DNA from: Synechococcaceae bacterium WB9_2_112
Lineage (GTDB): Bacteria; Cyanobacteriota; Cyanobacteriia; PCC-6307; Cyanobiaceae
Assembly (NCBI GenBank): GCA_010027605.1
Contig: RGUW01000001.1
Coordinates: 2,136 to 66,135, forward strand
Length of the DNA stretch: 64,000 nt
Direction: 5' to 3'
Numbering within the stretch: the first letter of the stretch is position 1; each line of letters opens with the position of its first letter. The notes beneath the pieces were generated by a model. It was not told where the DNA came from. It saw nothing but the letters and a program-made list of their open reading frames with translations, and made no database searches. Made by a program: the position numbers and the translations under genes. This document shows positions 59,723 to 64,000 of the stretch, piece after piece.

Positions 59723-60472
59723 ATGCCGTCGGCATCCCAGCCCATGACCCGCCAACCCCTGCAGGACTGGTGCGGGCAGGCACTGGTGGTAGGAGGCGGC
59801 GGCATCGGTCGGGCGTTGCTGGATGCCCTCAAGCGGTTGGCCCCCGGACTGGAGGTGCATCTGGCCACGCGCAACCCCCGCGCGGCCGGTGAAATCCGTG
59901 TTGATCTCTGCGACGACGCCAGCCTCGATGCCCTGAGCCAGCACGCCCTGCAGCATCTGCGCCGACTGCGGCTGGTGCTCAACACGGCAGGCCTGTTGCA
60001 CGGACCCCAGTTGCACCCCGAGAAGCGGCTGAGCTCGGTGACGCGTTCACAGCTGCGCCAGAGCTTTGAGCTCAATGCCTATGGGCCGATCCTGCTGGCC
60101 CGCAGCCTCGAACCGGCCCTCGCCCGTGACATGCCGAGCCACTTCGCCAGCCTCTCGGCCCGGGTGGGCAGCATCAGCGACAACCGGCTGGGTGGCTGGT
60201 ATGCGTACCGGGCCGCCAAGGCGGCCCAGAACCAGCTGTTGCACACGCTGGCGATCGAGTGGAGCCGGCGCCTGCCGCTGTGTTGTGTCAGCGCCCTGCA
60301 CCCCGGCACGACCGCCACAGCGTTGTCGGAACCGTTTCGGAGCTCTGTGCCGCCGAACCGGCTGCTCACGCCTGAGCAGGCAGCTGAGGCGCTTCTGGCT
60401 GTGCTGCAGCACCTGGGACCGGAGCAGAGTGGCAGGTTCTGGGCCTGGGACGGTTCAGCGATTCCGTGGTGA
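59723..60472 (+). CDS. SDR family oxidoreductase
   Basis: VVGGGGIGRAL cofactor motif and the catalytic YRAAKAAQN (YxxxK). The start is 59723 or 59744. Confidence 0.85.
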   Translation: MPSASQPMTRQPLQDWCGQALVVGGGGIGRALLDALKRLAPGLEVHLATRNPRAAGEIRVDLCDDASLDALSQHALQHLRRLRLVLNTAGLLHGPQLHPEKRLSSVTRSQLRQSFELNAYGPILLARSLEPALARDMPSHFASLSARVGSISDNRLGGWYAYRAAKAAQNQLLHTLAIEWSRRLPLCCVSALHPGTTATALSEPFRSSVPPNRLLTPEQAAEALLAVLQHLGPEQSGRFWAWDGSAIPW

Positions 60473-60473
60473 C

Positions 60474-60839
60474 TCAGGCGGCGTGGGCCTGCAGCAGCTC
60501 CAACGGGATCAGCTCCAGGGTTGCCTGTTCGCAGGCCGACAGCCGCACAGGCGGAGCCATGCCGTCCTCATAGGCCTGCAGCCAGCGCGCGGCACACACG
60601 CACCAGTGATCACCGGGTTTAAGCCCTGGAAAGGAATAGGCGGGCATCGGCGTGCTGAGGTCATTGCCCTGGGCCTTGCTGTAGCTCAGGAACGCCTCAT
60701 TGACGACACAGCAGACCGTGTGGCGACCCAGGTCATTGCCATCGGTGCGGCAGTGGCCATCGCGCCACCACCCGGTCATGGGCTCACAGCCACACAGCTC
60801 CAGAGGCTCTCCAAACACGTTGCGTGAGGGCGCGGACAT
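60474..60839 (-). CDS. DUF2237 family protein
   Basis: NVFGEPLELCGCEPMTGWWRDGHC...GDHWCVCAARW matches the DUF2237 pattern. ATG 60839 lies inside ORF 60474..60902. Confidence 0.8.
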   Translation of the reverse strand: MSAPSRNVFGEPLELCGCEPMTGWWRDGHCRTDGNDLGRHTVCCVVNEAFLSYSKAQGNDLSTPMPAYSFPGLKPGDHWCVCAARWLQAYEDGMAPPVRLSACEQATLELIPLELLQAHAA

Positions 60840-60991
60840 GGCTGCGGGCACGGGCCTCAGGAGCGACCCGGGAAGCGGTACACAGCCCGCAGGCTGGCAC
60901 AAAATTTCGCCAGAAGGTTGACGGATTCCGGGGGGTAGGCATTAAAGGTCTTGAAGAACCCCATTCGATCAACCTTCACCGCCACCGCTTC

Positions 60992-61219
60992 ATGAGCTGG
61001 GATTTCACCGAAGATGCGGCCTTCATGGCCCTGTGCGACGCCTACAAGGAGAGCGGTGAAAGCTCTGCCATGGAATTTCTGGCTCACGGCGAGGGGGCGT
61101 TTCATTTTCAGGAGCTCGCCCAGAACGCCGCCGGTGAAGGCATCGATCTGAGTGATTCGGCTGATCTGGAGGATTTCCAGCAGGACGTGATCGACACCCT
61201 CCAGGAGATGTGCAGCTGA
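60992..61219 (+). CDS. hypothetical small acidic protein (75 aa)
   Basis: ATG 60992 lies inside ORF 60824..61219. The upstream part overlaps the DUF2237 gene in antisense. No family recognised. Confidence 0.4.
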   Translation: MSWDFTEDAAFMALCDAYKESGESSAMEFLAHGEGAFHFQELAQNAAGEGIDLSDSADLEDFQQDVIDTLQEMCS

Positions 61220-61287
61220 GCTCCCGTCGCAGATCGTCCCACTCCAGGCTGCTGACTGTGGGCTGCAGCTGAGGAGGAAGCCGGGTT

Positions 61288-61560
61288 TCAGCTATAGAAG
61301 AAGGCGATTTCCTTGTCCTTGAGTCCATCCCAGCCGGCCGCTTTGAGCCGGGAATCCAGGGTGGCCTGATCCATGTGCTTCGAGCCGGTCTTGACGATCC
61401 GGTTGCGCATCGATTTCTTCACACCGCTGCGCGCCCGTTGGCTTTCGAGCTCCATGACCTCGTTGTAAAGGGTCAGCATCTCGACCGGTATCGGGCTGCC
61501 GTCGAGGTCGATCCCCGCTTTGATGGCGGCATCAACGCCGTCGGGTCCTGCGATAGCCAT
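61288..61560 (-). CDS. hypothetical small protein (90 aa)
   Basis: MAIAGPDGVDAAIKAGIDLDG... starts at ATG 61560, 28 nt downstream of the metH stop on the same strand. The ORF extension overlaps metH out of frame. Confidence 0.5.
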   Translation of the reverse strand: MAIAGPDGVDAAIKAGIDLDGSPIPVEMLTLYNEVMELESQRARSGVKKSMRNRIVKTGSKHMDQATLDSRLKAAGWDGLKDKEIAFFYS

Positions 61561-61588
61561 GAAGCCAGGAGGTGTTGAGACAGCCAGG

Positions 61589-64000
61589 CTAGGCGCTGAA
61601 GTAGCGCGCCTTGCTGTGCAGGGCCACCAGGGCCGTGGTGCTCTGTTCGGGGTGGAGCTGTTCGCTCTCGTCCATCGACAGGCCGATGCGCTCAGCCCCC
61701 AGCCAGAGCAGCTGCTGGCGTGAATCGGCCACGTTGGGGCAGGCGGGGTAGCCAAACGAATAACGGCTGCCGCGGTAGCGCTGGGCCAGCACCTCGCGCA
61801 GGGGCATGTCAGCCGGATCGGGCTGACCGAGCTCGCGGCGAATGCGGGCGTGCACCCATTCGGCCAGGGCCTCGGCCATCTGCACGGCCAGCCCATGGAA
61901 ATACAGGTAATCGCTGTATTGGTCAGCTGCGAACAGCTGTTGGGCGAACGCCGTAGCCCGTTCACCCATGGTCACGGCCTGCATCGGCAACACGTCGGTT
62001 GCCATCGGCTGACCATCGGCTCCTGTGGCGAGGTCGCGATAAAAGTCGGCAATGCAATAGCGGTTGCCGGCCCGTTGGCGCGGCAGTTCAAAGCGCCCCA
62101 GCTCAGTGCCGGCAGCCCCTGGAGCAGCAGCAGTATCCAGGCCCTGCGGATCGAACAGCACCACGGCATTGCCGGCTCGCCCGCAGGGGAAGTAGCCGTA
62201 GACCACCCGCGGGGTGAGCAGCTGTTCATCGATGCAGCGGGCCATCCATTGCTGCAGCACGGGCTCGGCCTTGGCGGCGAGCATCGCCTCGTACTCTTCG
62301 CGCGACTGCTGCTGGCTCTTGCGCAGCTGCCACTGCCCCGCAAACAGGGCATTGCGATCGAGGTAGGCAAACACCTCCCCCAGATCGATCTGGGTCTCCG
62401 TGAGCACCTGGCTGCCCCAGAAGGGGGGTGCCAGGGCCGGCTCCTGGGCGACAACATCTGAGCGTGCGTCACTCACCTCCAGGACCTGGGCCGCGCTGGC
62501 AGACGCGTCCTCGCTCTGCTGGGCATCGGCCGGTGCTGATTCGCCCAGCTGCTGCGCCCCTTCAGCGTCATCGCCGCCAGCCGGACCCAGACCCAGGCCC
62601 TCGGGGATGGAGCCCAGAAAGCCCTTGTGGTCGTCCCACTGATCAGCCCCCTTGGCCTCCATGAGGGCATCCATGAACCGCAGATCGGCAAAGGCGTCGC
62701 GCCCGTAGACCACCTGGCCCTGGTAAGCCGCACGGCAGTCGCCATGCACAAATCGGGGTGTCAGGGCGGCACCACCCAGAATCACCGGCACGCTGATGCC
62801 CGCCTCGTTGAAGGCCTCGAGGTTGTCCTTCATGAAGGCGGTCGACTTGACCAGCAGACCGCTCATGGCGATGCAGTCGGCCTGGTGCTGGCGCTGGGCC
62901 TCGATGATCGCCTCGCAGCTCTGCTTGATGCCGAGATTGATCACCTCGTAGCCGTTGTTGGTGAGGATGATGTCGACCAGGTTTTTGCCGATGTCGTGGA
63001 CATCGCCCTTGACCGTGGCGATCAGAAACCTGCCCTTGCTGGTGCTCTCACCCTCGAGCTTTTCCATGTGGGGCTCGAGATGCGCCACCGCCGCCTTCAT
63101 GGTTTCGGCGCTCTGCAGCACGAACGGCAGCTGCATCTGACCGCTGCCAAACAGCTCGCCGACCACCTTCATGCCATCGAGCAGGAAGGTGTTGATGATC
63201 TGCAACGGCGGGTAGCTCTGCAGGGCCTCATCGAGGGCCGGCTCCAGGCCGATGCGCTCGCCATCGATGATGTGCTGCTTGAGCCGCTCCTCAAGCGGCA
63301 GATCGGCCAGCGACGGGCCTGAGGCGCGGGCTTCCTTGGCGCTGACCCCCTCAAACAGCGTGGTGAGTTCGGTGAGCGGGTCATAGATGCAGGGCGCACC
63401 GCTGCCGGCCGGGGCGTCGTTTTCGAAGCGGCGGCGGTCGTTGATCAGGTCGCGGCAGACCTGCTGGTGCTCCTCGCTGATCTTGACCAGGGGCAGGATC
63501 TTGGCGGGGCTGACGATGGCGGCGTCCATGCCGGCTTCGCAGCAGTCGTGCAGGAACACGCTGTTGAGCACGATGCGGGCCGCCGGCGACAGACCGAAGC
63601 TGACGTTGCTGACCCCCAGCACCACATGGACGCCAGGGAGGTGTTGGCGGATCAGGCGGATCGCCTCGATCGTGGCGGCGCCGTTGAGGCGGTCCTCCTC
63701 GATGCCGGTCGAAATCGGCAGGGCCAGGGGGTCGTAGAAGATCTCGTGGGCGGGGATGCCGAACTCGAGTGCGTCGCGGTAAGCACGCTGGGCGATGGCG
63801 AACTTCCGTTCGGCCGTGCGGGCCATGCCCTCTTCATCAATGGTGCCCACGACCACACCGGCGCCGTAGGCGCGGGCCAGCTCGAGCACCTTGAAGAAAC
63901 GCTCAGGTCCGTCTTCGTAGTTGGTGGAGTTGAGGATGCACTTGCCGCCGGCCACCTTGAGGCCCGCTTCCATCTTCTGCCACTCGGTGGAGTCGAGCAT
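61589..64000 (-). CDS. metH: cobalamin-dependent methionine synthase (partial, N-terminus outside window)
   Basis: Pterin-binding region, B12-binding DxHxxG motif (GDVHDIGKN) and a C-terminal AdoMet activation domain. 803 aa are visible and the ORF runs off the window edge. Confidence 0.95.
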   Translation of the reverse strand: MLDSTEWQKMEAGLKVAGGKCILNSTNYEDGPERFFKVLELARAYGAGVVVGTIDEEGMARTAERKFAIAQRAYRDALEFGIPAHEIFYDPLALPISTGIEEDRLNGAATIEAIRLIRQHLPGVHVVLGVSNVSFGLSPAARIVLNSVFLHDCCEAGMDAAIVSPAKILPLVKISEEHQQVCRDLINDRRRFENDAPAGSGAPCIYDPLTELTTLFEGVSAKEARASGPSLADLPLEERLKQHIIDGERIGLEPALDEALQSYPPLQIINTFLLDGMKVVGELFGSGQMQLPFVLQSAETMKAAVAHLEPHMEKLEGESTSKGRFLIATVKGDVHDIGKNLVDIILTNNGYEVINLGIKQSCEAIIEAQRQHQADCIAMSGLLVKSTAFMKDNLEAFNEAGISVPVILGGAALTPRFVHGDCRAAYQGQVVYGRDAFADLRFMDALMEAKGADQWDDHKGFLGSIPEGLGLGPAGGDDAEGAQQLGESAPADAQQSEDASASAAQVLEVSDARSDVVAQEPALAPPFWGSQVLTETQIDLGEVFAYLDRNALFAGQWQLRKSQQQSREEYEAMLAAKAEPVLQQWMARCIDEQLLTPRVVYGYFPCGRAGNAVVLFDPQGLDTAAAPGAAGTELGRFELPRQRAGNRYCIADFYRDLATGADGQPMATDVLPMQAVTMGERATAFAQQLFAADQYSDYLYFHGLAVQMAEALAEWVHARIRRELGQPDPADMPLREVLAQRYRGSRYSFGYPACPNVADSRQQLLWLGAERIGLSMDESEQLHPEQSTTALVALHSKARYFSA

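Noticed and set aside
58890-59747. 285-aa plus-strand ORF
   Set aside because: It is antisense to gpsA, so it is a shadow ORF.
1-64000. CRISPR arrays, IS elements or transposases, integrases, prophage genes, restriction-modification, toxin-antitoxin or other defence modules
   Set aside because: I scanned the ORF translations and intergenic spacers. I saw no repeat-spacer arrays, no DDE/tyrosine/serine recombinase motifs and no recognisable defence-domain proteins.

Overview
This 64 kb window is a high-GC picocyanobacterial chromosome segment, Synechococcus/Cyanobium-like. Supporting evidence is the presence of apcD, chlP, ccsA, cemA, hemA and ferredoxin-sulfite reductase, plus HIP1 octamers GCGATCGC at e.g. 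5318, 16124, 27677, 28667 and 32675. Hand-counted 60-nt lines are mostly 60-70% G+C. The window is densely packed with housekeeping genes. Translation: rpsB-tsf, glyS, metG, pheT, rpsR-rpmG, typA, and one tRNA with anticodon CAT. Carbon metabolism: rpe, glpX, glgC, gnd, pgl. Pigment and cofactor genes: hemA, chlP, apcD, ccsA, cobU. Amino-acid and nucleotide metabolism: ilvD, purS-purQ, upp, and a partial metH. Envelope genes: an lptA-like/lptB/lptFG cluster, an LptC-like lipoprotein, VanX-like and VanY-like peptidases, an M23/LysM peptidase and SpoIID. A clear cobalamin riboswitch precedes a hupE-cobW pair. I found no CRISPR array, transposase, integrase, prophage or recognisable defence or toxin-antitoxin genes, so I cannot claim a clear-cut novel system. 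The most unusual signals are four. (1) A roughly 6 kb block (about 49.0-55.1 kb) drops to about 50% G+C yet carries core-looking genes. (2) Inside it, a roughly 0.9 kb CTAG-rich stretch has no convincing gene and contains a pair of imperfect 19-20 bp direct repeats about 675 bp apart. (3) A protein fuses an N-terminal ribbon-helix-helix-like segment to a C-terminal J domain. (4) That protein lies co-directionally downstream of an alternative sigma factor and a DUF3370-like lipoprotein. Many long ORFs in the six-frame track are antisense shadow ORFs typical of high-GC DNA and were rejected. The ORF track uses GTG/TTG starts, so several start codons are estimates.
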